A stretch of DNA of 63,989 nucleotides, counting the filler, from Dimargaris cristalligena (taxonomy: Eukaryota), in NCBI GenBank assembly GCA_003614675.1. It is 5 parts of 5 records of this genome, joined end to end, with 100 filler letters (N's around TTAATTAATTAA, not from the genome) between each part and the next. Parts side by side here need not be neighbours in the genome. Positions count along the whole stretch, not along the records: positions 13,422 to 26,730 come from ML002996.1; 4 more parts are not named here. The stretch is one strand, 5' to 3'. The position numbers were made by a program, and so were the translations under genes. This document shows positions 13,679 through 24,209 of the stretch, in pieces. Position 1 is the first letter of the stretch, and every line of letters begins with the position of its first letter. The notes beneath the pieces are model-generated. The model was not told the DNA's origin, ran no database searches, and worked only from the letters and a program-made list of their open reading frames with translations.

Positions 13679-14329
13679 GAATATGATGACCCACCTATAT
13701 GGATTTTACCCTATATAGCCGGGTTGAACTTCATCCATATAGATGAGGCTGGAATCTAGCATTAGGTGTGTCAAATTGATAAAGTCGCAACATTAATCTA
13801 AATACTGTAAGTGTTTAATATATCGATATTGGTTTAATGCGGGTAACCAGAGAACCAGAGACTTATCAAACTAATCTGCGCTACTGGAGGTACCGCGATC
13901 GAATAGTGTTCAATATTCACAATGAGAGAGTATGTGCGTGTATGGATGTTTTTGTTACAAAGTAGTTGCTGAATATACAGATGGGATTGAGAGAATGTAA
14001 TAAAGTTAACAGATACTATGAAACCGGAGTATGGAGACGCCCATGGTTGAGCAGCGGACGATAAAATAACATTAGGAGGCATGATGGATAGAGTGGACAA
14101 TTCTTAAATTGGGGCTGAGGGTCAAGGGGCGTCAAATAGGCAAAAAAGTCTAGATAAATCATAACAGTGGAGCTATCGAATATACTGGAGGGCTCTTCAG
14201 TGCATTTCATAAATACGTATGGAATTTACAAGACCTAAGGAAATAAATACTATGGCACAAAATGACCTAGATGGGATGCAGAAGGGGCTGGAGTGGGCAA
14301 ACGGCAATAGTAGAATAAGGACAGATAGC

Positions 14330-17104
14330 TTAGGACTGGGAGCTACAGCTGGTCCGGATAGCATCAAAATCGATCTCTCGACTGCTCGCCTGACCATTAC
14401 GACTAATGTACAAACTCGGCAATCTAGGGGCGTCGGGCATACTATTTTCGAGTTTCTCGATGATAAACGCTATATTAGTGGCCAGTTGGTGGAGTGATGT
14501 TAGCTGGTTTGGGTGAGAATCGGGCCGGCTATCAGGGTCCATCCCAACCATAAGTAGTAAATCGCGGTGGTCAGGACAATCCATTGACTCTCCTTGGTCG
14601 TGGCGGCCACTACTACCTCCACGGAAATTCATACCATCGGCATCGCTTAAATTGAAGGTACTGTGACTTGGGGTACGGGTCGAGTAGGTTGAACCTGTAG
14701 CCAAGGCGGAGCCGAGTCGGTGTCGTAATTGGCTGACCCATTTGGTAGATTGCCAATATTTGGCGCGCGAATCATCGAGGTGGGTATGTACTAGAATGTG
14801 AGGCACCCGACCGCGGTGCTTGGGGTTCACGTGGTGGTAGGGTGAGTAACTGGCAATATATTTAAATATGGCCTCATCAGCGGTGGGGTCACCATATTCT
14901 TCCCGCAGGGTGGTGGCAAAGGGGTCATGGTCAAGTTTAGTGGGACCATTCTCCGAGGTAGAGTCATCAGCGCGCATAAGCCGAGTCATGAGAGCATTAA
15001 GTACGTCGGTAGCGGGGGACTGGAGCACGGCCACCCGGAAGAGCGCCGGCTTCAGATTGATGGCGGCCGCAGCAATCATTCCTGCGCCTTCGCTGAAGGT
15101 CATGACGGCCAGCCTGTGCGCTGATGTGTACCGGCGTTTAGCCAGGGCATGGGCTACGGCCAGTAAATCGTAGGCGCTACTCTTCTTCTGTAGGTACTTA
15201 CCAAACACTTCGTGCCAAGCCCGGCCGTTTTCGCTACCCCCGCGCACATGAGCAATGACCACCACGTACCCACGGTCAAGTAGCGGTTGCCATTGGGGGT
15301 TGAACTCGGGCTCGAAACAACGGCCCTCGCACCCGTCCAGTAAAAGCACGGCTGGATTGGAGCCATCCCCACGGAAATGCTCGGCGTGGTAGACGAGCGA
15401 GACGGGGATTTTGAACTGTCGGGGTGGGGTCAGGTAAAAGGAGTCCTTAACCCGAGGTGGATCCACAAACAGGCGCTCCTGGGTGTACTGGTGGGCTTGG
15501 AAGCGGTGGTGCAAAGGGGAGGCCCATAGCTCTCGCTTGCGCTGAGTATCCAATCGGTACTCGTAAGTCGTGGGCGGTCGGGCTAGGCTGGACACCGTGT
15601 AGCGAAGTTGGTTACCGTAGTAGTCTTGACCAGCCGGATGAATGCGCACCGCAGCAATGATATCCCCTATGGCCAAGTAATGGCTGGTGAGGGGTTGAAT
15701 TCTGACGGGGGCATCTAGTTCATTGGGAATGGGCTGCGACGCGGGGGAAGAGACGGAAGTATTTCGACCATGTCCGGAACTGGTTGTCCGGGGAGGTATA
15801 TAGTAAGGTGAAGACCGCCCAGTATTGGGGGGTTGCTCCTTGGGGAGGTGAACCACTCGCACCAATGACTTACCGAGTGACTGCTCCCAAAGTACCAGGT
15901 GGTTGGCGAAGGGGAAGATACGCTGTACATAAATCTGGGAGTCGTAGGGTACCAGGGGCCGCCAGTGTTCACGGCGACACAAAGGGTCCTGAAGGGGACA
16001 GATAAATACCTGCCCGTTGATTCGGGCTTCGGCACCTTCTCGGTTAGCCAAAATAACCAAGTGGTTTCCCCAGTGCTCGACAAAATAGCGGAGGTGGGAG
16101 TGGAAGGGCTGGATAAGGGTGGGTGACACATCCGGGTGAGCCGCCTGGTCCGATTGTAAGTAGTGGGTTTGGTTTTGCTGCTGAGCCGAGTCCACCAAGT
16201 CAAAGAACACCAAGCGGCGGCTAGCGCTAATCCGTATGTCGAAATGAGCATCAGGGTTGTAGTTACTCAAAATGGGGACGTCGGATTGCTGCGGGTTGGT
16301 ATGTAAGCGGTGGCGGTAAACCTGGCCGGGGCGCTGGGCAGTGGTCGGAGTGCAGTAGAATAAAATGCGGCCGCCACTGGCCCAGCCAATGGCCGGGGTT
16401 ACATTGTGCACCTGGTCCTGGTGTGAAAGAGCCCGAGACCGCGTATCATATAAATAAAGGGATAGTTTGCCGACACCTGTTGTATCGACAACATAAGCAA
16501 TCCAACGGTGGTCAGGGCTGACCTCGACGCTGTGTACGGAATGGCAGGCGAATAGAGAGTGGCTGAAGTCGAGGAGCACTTCTTCCCGGTCAGCCGTCGG
16601 CCGGTTGTACGGCCGCCGCAGGTACTGGCGCGGGGTCCGTGTGGAGGCCGAAAAATGGGGCCGGGGAGTTCGGGGGTGGGTCCCTGTGATCCGCCAGTAA
16701 TAAATGTAGCGGGGTGGAGAGCCGGGTTCGGTTGGGGCGCGGTCGAACTCCAGGTGATTTAGCTGCCTGCTTTGCTCGGTGTCTTCGTCGCCGCCGTTGG
16801 TCTGGCCCGGTGAAACGATGGAATCGGTGCAGGATATGGTACCAGTGGCTTCAAGTAAATGGCGGTATACCTGTGACCGTAGGCCTGCTTGGGTTCCAAG
16901 CACCGACTCGGCGTAGGCGTTCTCGCTCTCCAGGTGGGCCATAATTTTAGGGTCGGAGCGGGGGTCCTCGGCCATTAGCCATTGGTAAGAGTCCCGGAAG
17001 GTTTGGTCGTAGTAGGTGGTGGCCCGGGATATGCGCTCAGCCCGGGGGGCTTCGAGCAGTTCAGGGTTGGTGAGAGCCGGTGACGGAAACGCCATGGTCG
17101 TCAC
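14330..17104 (-). CDS. S9A prolyl oligopeptidase / oligopeptidase B-like protein with divergent catalytic motifs
   Basis: Intronless 924-aa ORF. DSYQWL...AHLESENAY N-terminus, beta-propeller (VSPDHRWIAYVVDTTG), IPVSLVY, LLDRGYVVVIAHVRGGSENGRAWH, EEYGDP, YIASYSPY, DSRAKYWQSTKWVSQLR. Confidence 0.9.
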   Translation of the reverse strand: MTTMAFPSPALTNPELLEAPRAERISRATTYYDQTFRDSYQWLMAEDPRSDPKIMAHLESENAYAESVLGTQAGLRSQVYRHLLEATGTISCTDSIVSPGQTNGGDEDTEQSRQLNHLEFDRAPTEPGSPPRYIYYWRITGTHPRTPRPHFSASTRTPRQYLRRPYNRPTADREEVLLDFSHSLFACHSVHSVEVSPDHRWIAYVVDTTGVGKLSLYLYDTRSRALSHQDQVHNVTPAIGWASGGRILFYCTPTTAQRPGQVYRHRLHTNPQQSDVPILSNYNPDAHFDIRISASRRLVFFDLVDSAQQQNQTHYLQSDQAAHPDVSPTLIQPFHSHLRYFVEHWGNHLVILANREGAEARINGQVFICPLQDPLCRREHWRPLVPYDSQIYVQRIFPFANHLVLWEQSLGKSLVRVVHLPKEQPPNTGRSSPYYIPPRTTSSGHGRNTSVSSPASQPIPNELDAPVRIQPLTSHYLAIGDIIAAVRIHPAGQDYYGNQLRYTVSSLARPPTTYEYRLDTQRKRELWASPLHHRFQAHQYTQERLFVDPPRVKDSFYLTPPRQFKIPVSLVYHAEHFRGDGSNPAVLLLDGCEGRCFEPEFNPQWQPLLDRGYVVVIAHVRGGSENGRAWHEVFGKYLQKKSSAYDLLAVAHALAKRRYTSAHRLAVMTFSEGAGMIAAAAINLKPALFRVAVLQSPATDVLNALMTRLMRADDSTSENGPTKLDHDPFATTLREEYGDPTADEAIFKYIASYSPYHHVNPKHRGRVPHILVHTHLDDSRAKYWQSTKWVSQLRHRLGSALATGSTYSTRTPSHSTFNLSDADGMNFRGGSSGRHDQGESMDCPDHRDLLLMVGMDPDSRPDSHPNQLTSLHQLATNIAFIIEKLENSMPDAPRLPSLYISRNGQASSREIDFDAIRTSCSSQS

Positions 17105-20100
17105 CGGGGGGCTGGTAAGGGCCGCTATTTTGAAAAACTTGGGTGGGAAATAGGGGGGGGGGGCAAGGGAGGTTTTCGGAGGAATATAAAATTCAGAGAG
17201 GAGCGGAAGACCGAATGGGAAGAGAATATACCACGACTATAAGGGATACGGAGGATTGCAAAGGCTATATGGGTGGGAAAACCTGGCCAAAATGGAGCCA
17301 GGACGAGTGGAAATATACCTTGGCGATATACAGGAGGGGCCCCAAAAGTCAAGCGCAGGAAATATTTAATTTAAGGTGATATAGGTTATACAGGGTAGGA
17401 CAGATAAACCGGACGACTATCAGGGTTTTGAGCGCGTGAGTATCTGGGGTTTGGCGGAACCAGGGGGTGGGGTAGTGAGTATCACGCTTGTACTGGGGGA
17501 GAATAGAACCAGGCCAAGGAGGGAGGGAGGAAGGGGAGGTAAATGACAGGCCACTGATAGGTGGGTGAGTGGCGCTAGGGTTGCAATGCGGTTGAGCAGC
17601 CAAAGGACAGTCGGAAACACGAGTCTACGGGGAAAAGGAACAGCGAAAGGGCGAAGGAATGAAGAAAAGAGAAGAAGGAATAGAAGCGAAGCGTATAGAG
17701 AGAGAGAGAGAGTGAGTGAAGGGAGGAGGATAGGAAAATATTATATAGGCATATATAAAGGGAAAGAACAGGAGCACTAGCAAGCGACTATTATTGAGCA
17801 TACATGAATTAAGTGTGCATAAGAAGAACAGGACACAGAATAGGGAAACGGCGGTTATATATATAAAACTATATATGAGTGTGGGTGTATGCGCATATAC
17901 GTAGACAGGCCAAGCAAAGAAAAAGAGGCGGTTGGTGGAGAATGATTAAGGGACCTGGCGGTATAAAGAGCTTGTTGGGGCTTTGATGGATAACAAAAGA
18001 CGGGCGGAGAGAGCGATAAGGAAGAGGGGTTTTGGTGGAGAGGGGGAAGAGGGAGGGGTGTTAATAGAGAGGGGCCGAGGGCGAATAGCCGGAGTTTATA
18101 TATATTTATGTGAAGATGCGAGCAGCGTTCAGCTTGGGATCGATTAATGAGCCCCCGAGAATGAATGAAGAGGGGGGGCACCGGCTGAAAACCACTATAA
18201 CAGGGGGGGGGTATACAATACAATGAGGGGATCCGGGCCGACCGGGAACGCTTCGGTAAGGACGTGCTTTACCTTCCATGCGGAAACACTCCGACTGCGT
18301 GCTAATACCCTGAACGCTTCAACAAAGGCGAGAGGGTAAAAATTCGATGTAGAATAAATATATGTAAATGTACAATTTATTATACTACACCTTTCCCGTT
18401 TCGAAAGGGACGACGACCCTGCAATGAGGCAGTAAATAATAGAGGATGTTTGAAGGCCCGCTCGCTACCAGGGCCGGTCGGTCGGTAGTACACACAACTT
18501 GACAAAATAAAACTACCCTAATTGGTTTCCTAGTCCTCGCTTTACAATACCTATAGACTATCATACGCAAAGGAGGGATGGGCATTGTTTACACTAGGGG
18601 AATGTAGGCTGCCCAACGACGGAGCGCGCTGTTACTTCTGACACTCGCGCCCATCATTCCTTTAGTGCCGTTAGTATAGTATAATGGCGTATAATATAGA
18701 GTATATAACATTAGGTAGTATTGTACTACTGCCCCGTGGACCAATCCAAGTGCCACACACAAGGCAACGGTCCCTCAGGGTCCATGGTGGGGAAGGACAG
18801 TCCGTCTCATCAGGGTACTGTGTATGGCTCTGCTCAGGGCGAGTGCTGCCTATTAAGGCTGCGATGATCGCCATATCCCTTTCCTCTCTCACTCATAAAC
18901 CGACACTGGGCTACGCCAGTCCAAAACCAATCCGACATGCCCGGGGAGGAATCAATAATACCGCAGGCTTTCGATTCGCGCTTGCAACTAAAACTACCCC
19001 ACAATACCACCAACACGCCCAACTGACTAACTAACGACCACTCTAGTATTGGAGTGCTATGTGGCTGGATACCACCCAGCCCTCCTCCTATTTGGCAAGT
19101 GCGAGTATTACTGGGATCCATTCCGTTACAATCCTTACCTTATTTTCGATTCCATATTCCCCATTATACTGCCGTGCATATCACACACCCACAGCCCCTA
19201 TTATTATTTAATACCCGAACCGGTTTACCCTTGAAATGCATATTTCATTACATACATGACCACGACTCCTCTCTCACTCTACTGCTGTCTCTCCTGCCCG
19301 TCTTTGTTGCCCAGGCGCTACAACTCCCTTTTTTTTCACCAATCCATAAGCCCCACCCAGGTCGATCCCACTTGTCCCCGTGCACCAAACAATTCCTAAG
19401 GATTATCCACCGTAGAGGGTGGGATTGCCCTCGCTTCTTTACCACCCCTTCCCTTTCTCTCTACGTTCTTTCTCCCCTCCCTAACTAAAAATAACCGGCC
19501 ACGCTACTACTAGTGCAACTCACCTTATATTACTGGTCCGTTTCTCCTTGGAATTAGTGATTCCCATAGTCTACTCCAAGCCCCACTACGCCCAACCACG
19601 AAACTCCCCCCCCACACACACACAGGTAAATACATTTTAACCTGCCTACTGAATAAAATAGATACATTGGACTTCCTATAGATAAAACTGCCTTCTTTTG
19701 GGTTTTGCTTTTACCGAAACGAGCCATAAATATTTGGGATCAGGGCGGAATCAAGCAAACGGAACATGGCGGCGGTTATTTGCCTCTTTTTCCAGAGGTG
19801 ACTGTATATGATCAGACAGCGACAACGACAACGACGCCTGTTGACTCTGTTAGCGATCCCCCACACGTATAGAGCCCCACAGGGAGAGGGGGTCAGCGCC
19901 GTTGTATATAGTGCCTGGAAATAATTACACCGGTTAGTCGTGGAATCTAATATCATATACGGAGTTTTTTCTTTATAATATACCGGCGCTCAGTCTCTCT
20001 CTGGGCCTTTTTTAAGTTGGCTTAGATCAATCAGTTAGTATTGACTGATGGTGGGGATATATTCCTATAAGGGCGGTGGGGTATGAATAATAATAATGAT

Positions 20101-20864
20101 AATAATAATGCCTCTATTGGGCCAAGCTCCCGGTTTAGGGAAACGGAAGCAGAGCCGGAAATAGACGCCCGTTTCCCTAAAATAAAATAAATTGACAAGA
20201 CCCCCCCCCCCTCCATTGGGGAAGAGGGGCGGGGAGTTAACTTGGGCATCCACCAAAATAACAGGCATCTTGGCTTGGTTAGTCCGCCTTCAAAGTGCTT
20301 GAGGATCGATGGTGGCTGAACAAGCCCCCTCTCCCTATACCTTCCATGATCTCTGTCATAGAGCCAATATTCCAAAATTAAATAAATATGGTCATAGAAG
20401 TTTGGGGTGTCGGCTGTTGTCTCCCTTCAATGGGGAAAAGACTGCTAAAGACATGAAGCCATACTCGCCACGAGGGCGGTAAACCAAACCAGGCCATTGT
20501 TTGCGGGCTTTGTTATACAAGTATACAATTCAATGCATTCAACTTCATTCAAGGCCACTCTAAAACACCCCTACCACCACCACTCTAGTCCCCCCCTCCC
20601 TTGAAAGTAAAGTCAGCTACCATAAGATACGAAATGTTAATCAATCAACGGACCAGTCGCGTGGAATGCCCATCTGCGTCGCTCCGTTGATTATGGTGAC
20701 GTGCCATAAAGCCAGGTCTCAACTTTAGTGCTACAAAGTGCAGAATCGGGGAAGCTTATTCGCTATCACCATTATCAGTCCATATCCTTCCCGATAATCT
20801 CCTTTATTTTCTATAGTGTTGCCTAGTATTGAGTTTAGGAAGTCATTTTTAATCAATTCGTAAC

Positions 20865-21086
20865 ATGTTTCGCTCCAGTCGCAATCGATCGGTCTCTCCG
20901 CAAGAGACCTTGACGTCGCCATCGCCCTCCCGGCCTGAATCCCCACATCAACGGGTGTCCGGGTCGAACTTTATGTCCCGACTCGGGTCGCCTCAACCCG
21001 GCAGGCAAACCCTTTCCCTCCCGGATCCCCGGGCCGGAACGTTACACAACTATACGAAACAGCAAATACCAATGGATTCTGCTTGA
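20865..21086 (+). CDS. Candidate small Ser/Pro/Arg-rich protein (73 aa)
   Basis: ATG start, GC-richer than flanks, upstream candidate acceptor TTTTCTATAG (20816), downstream AATAAA; no homology recognised. Confidence 0.35.
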   Translation: MFRSSRNRSVSPQETLTSPSPSRPESPHQRVSGSNFMSRLGSPQPGRQTLSLPDPRAGTLHNYTKQQIPMDSA

Positions 21087-21566
21087 TAGGTTTAATAAAC
21101 CAGGGAAAACCCTCACTTGACCATGTCAACGTGGTAGATACACTTAATGATTGCCAAAAACCAAATATTTTGTTAATAAAATATACTAAAATGAATCAGG
21201 CTCACCAATGGAAATAGCTCAACCAAATGACAATGTGTGATTTGGCAAAGGATCTTAACAATTAGACCCGAAGTGCGATTAAATCAACCGGGATTAAAAA
21301 AAAAAAGAGTGAAAGAAAATAGGGGGAGTTATATGCATAGGGAATCAAAGCGAGTGACTCTCAGTTTTGAAAAATAGGGTGAAATATCGGAGAAATAGTT
21401 AAGCGGGGATATTTAAATAGGACCTATGGACAGATGTACTTACAGAATATGGACCAGCATGTGTTATTCAAGGGTCATGAAAGTGGGTATAAATTAGAAA
21501 AGCAAGGTGATTAAAATGAGCTCGGTACAGAAAACATATAAAAGGATAAAGGGTAATGCGAGAGGG

Positions 21567-24086
21567 TTAGTCGGCGGCAATGCGATGGACGGCTGAGAGA
21601 ACCTCCTGGGCCAAGGAATGTATATTGTCGTGGGTGACAACGTGGTCCAGTGTGGATGCCATTAGTTTTTCGCCCAGGGATACCACCATCCCCTTAGTGT
21701 CGAATAGCGGGGCTGTGGGCCCTTGGTTAATCGGCTGAGGAACAGGGGGTGGGGTATACGCCAGGTCGGTCAGAGAGAGAGTCCGCGCTCTTTTATCAGA
21801 GTGGAAAAGATGGTTGGCTTCGTCGCCATCTCCGGGCGTAGAGTGCATCCGCTTGCGAGAGGGCACCTCACCGCCCTCTGAGTTTGACGGAGCGGGGAGT
21901 GAGGGTAATGCCGTGCTGCCACCATTACAAGGTGTAGATTTCATCGGATCCGATTCGGACACCAGCGGCCCATTGTCGGACAAGGCCTGAAAAGAACCCA
22001 CCGAATCAAGGACGGACTCAGCCATTCGCTGCTTGGAGGCGTGGACCGCTGGTAACTTGGGTGCAGTGGGAGTCGACTCCATTGACGCATCGGGGCCAAG
22101 ACCCTGAGTCACTGTGGAGGATAGGTCACTAATCGAGTCGGACAAATCGATTGAATCCATGTCCTCGTCGGGGTCAGTCAAAGTACCGCTATAACTGGAC
22201 TCCTGGCGAATGACCTTCTCCAGCAGTTTGCTTACGGACTGGGGCAGGGTACCGGAGAGAATAGGCTGCGAGTCCTGGTCAGGCCCTTCGAACCGCGAAA
22301 TAGATATATTGTAAGCGGCCTCAGGTTTGGGACTAGCGAACACATTGGTCTTGGGGTACGTAGCCAGGCGATGGATACCCTTGGTCACCCACTGGTAAAT
22401 GTTTTTAAGGGAGGGTTTATCCGCCCCAGCCGCCTGCGGGGTGTCGTCGATAGAGACGGGGGCCGGGCGGGTCTCAACCTTATCATTGGCAGGGGAGTCC
22501 GGTTTAGGAGAACTTTCCGCCCTCGCCGCGGCACTAGCAGCGGCAGTGGCCGTGCGAGGGGACGGGGGCGGGCTACCCGATGAGGGCCCCTGGTCGTTGA
22601 GACGGACCAGGCTGGCCGGCAGCAGGTCTAGCCCCTGGAGCACCGACTCAAAAGGCGGGGTGTTACCGGTAGACGACGAGGTCGGCATGGGGCCTGGTAT
22701 GTTCTTGTAGGGCACGGAGAACAGTGAGAGGGAAATCAGAGCCAGCATAAGCATAGTGCCAATGGCCCGGGGCTTATGTAAACCTTGATCGTCGGATAAT
22801 CCCGAGCGGACGGCCAAGTCGGCCACAGTGGGGTCGGTCGCGGAACGGCCGTCCTCGGCAGCAGGCAAAGATGAAACCGGGGCTGGAGCCGAAGGGAGCT
22901 GATATTTGGCTTCAAGCTCCCGGCAACGGCTCTCCCAGGCCTGGCACTGTTGGGTAAGGTCCGCATTAAGTGCCTGCATCTGGGCGTCGCGTTCCTTAAG
23001 GCGAGTATTTTCGGCCTCCAGCTGTTCAGTGCGGGATTCGAGGGAGGTTAGGTGATCTCGCTTCCGTTGACGAGAGAGGAGTGCAGCAGCACGGTTCTTG
23101 ATTAAACGCTCCTGTCGTTTAGAATAACCATGCTGGACTAGCTCCTCCGTGGCCGTTCCGACAGGGGACCCACTGAGTACCTCCACGGGTTCTTGTTTAA
23201 TGGGCACCGCGGGGAGGGTCAAGGGAGAGGAGGCGGGGCTGGCGGGGGCGGGAAGCTTAGAAGCGGGCGTGGGGGAAGGTACCGGCGGGGTGGGCTTGGG
23301 GGTGAAGGTGGTTGGGATAGGCTCAGCCAACATCAGGGGCTTTAGCGGTAGCGGAGTGTAACGGCGGGTGGAAGGATCCACGGGCAACTTCTTCTTACGG
23401 CCGCGTTTTTTAGGGGCGGGTGGTTCAGTGGGAGGTGCAGGAGAGGATTGAGAGGGGGCGGCAGTTGCAGGGGTAGACTGGGCTGAGTTGGGGGCCGAGA
23501 AACCCGCCAGGAGAGCCGACAGGTCGGCCAGGTCAGAGGTACCGGGCACGAGGCGTGGTAGGGGGGCGGCGGTGGCAGCCAGGTTGGGGTTAGCGGGGGC
23601 CGCCTGGAGTTGATCGAAGTCCATCAGCTGATCGAGCCAGCTGTCCATGGCCCGATCTGAGATGGAATGGGGAGGTACCATGCCCTCGGGATGGAGGGCA
23701 AGCCACGAACTCTCCCAAGCAGCCAACTCCGCCTGGGCAGCCGAGCTGGTTAGATTCCAGGCCGGAGCCTGGGTGGACAAGGGCTCGGGGGACTGTGAGA
23801 GTGGGCCAGGCTGGTTCAGCCCATAGGCCAAATGGGCCAGAGTCGACCAAGCAGGCGAGTCGGACGGCGGGAGCGAAGGGTCGGGAGACGAGAGGCGGGA
23901 AACTGGACTGCCCGAATCTTCGGCGATTAAGCAGGTAGAGTCAGGGATAGTCCAAGCTAAAACGGACGACTCGCTCTCCATGGTGGGGGAAATGGCGATA
24001 CTAACGGGGGAGGCTAAGTCTGCGGGCGGCAAGGCCTTGTTCAACGGGGAACGAGCCGGGGACACGGTAGGACTCGGGGTTAGCAT
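21567..24086 (-). CDS. bZIP transcription factor with post-zipper hydrophobic (TM) segment, ATF6/CREB3-like architecture
   Basis: Basic region KRQERLIKNRAAALLSRQRKR plus leucine zipper (~22900-23130), hydrophobic AIGTMLMLALISLSLFSVPY (~22708-22767), KKRGRKKK NLS/AT-hook-like motif. First in-frame ATG taken at 24086. Confidence 0.85.
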   Translation of the reverse strand: MLTPSPTVSPARSPLNKALPPADLASPVSIAISPTMESESSVLAWTIPDSTCLIAEDSGSPVSRLSSPDPSLPPSDSPAWSTLAHLAYGLNQPGPLSQSPEPLSTQAPAWNLTSSAAQAELAAWESSWLALHPEGMVPPHSISDRAMDSWLDQLMDFDQLQAAPANPNLAATAAPLPRLVPGTSDLADLSALLAGFSAPNSAQSTPATAAPSQSSPAPPTEPPAPKKRGRKKKLPVDPSTRRYTPLPLKPLMLAEPIPTTFTPKPTPPVPSPTPASKLPAPASPASSPLTLPAVPIKQEPVEVLSGSPVGTATEELVQHGYSKRQERLIKNRAAALLSRQRKRDHLTSLESRTEQLEAENTRLKERDAQMQALNADLTQQCQAWESRCRELEAKYQLPSAPAPVSSLPAAEDGRSATDPTVADLAVRSGLSDDQGLHKPRAIGTMLMLALISLSLFSVPYKNIPGPMPTSSSTGNTPPFESVLQGLDLLPASLVRLNDQGPSSGSPPPSPRTATAAASAAARAESSPKPDSPANDKVETRPAPVSIDDTPQAAGADKPSLKNIYQWVTKGIHRLATYPKTNVFASPKPEAAYNISISRFEGPDQDSQPILSGTLPQSVSKLLEKVIRQESSYSGTLTDPDEDMDSIDLSDSISDLSSTVTQGLGPDASMESTPTAPKLPAVHASKQRMAESVLDSVGSFQALSDNGPLVSESDPMKSTPCNGGSTALPSLPAPSNSEGGEVPSRKRMHSTPGDGDEANHLFHSDKRARTLSLTDLAYTPPPVPQPINQGPTAPLFDTKGMVVSLGEKLMASTLDHVVTHDNIHSLAQEVLSAVHRIAAD

Positions 24087-24162
24087 GGACAAGCAATGGA
24101 TGCAATGGGGGAGTAAGGGAGAAGATAGGACAATAGGGCAACCACGAGAAGAAGAAGAAGAG

Positions 24163-24209
24163 TAATAATAATAATGATAATAATAATAATAGTAATAATA
24201 GTAATAGTA
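24163..24209. repeat. (TAA/TAG)n trinucleotide microsatellite upstream of the bZIP ATG
   Basis: TAATAATAATAATGATAATAATAATAATAGTAATAATAGTAATAGTA. Confidence 0.8.

Noticed and set aside
22800..22900. Ire1-type unconventional intron (Hac1/bZIP60-like) between the bZIP and TM segment
   Set aside because: Only one CNGCNG (CTGCTG) is seen, without a closing stem or a second partner loop
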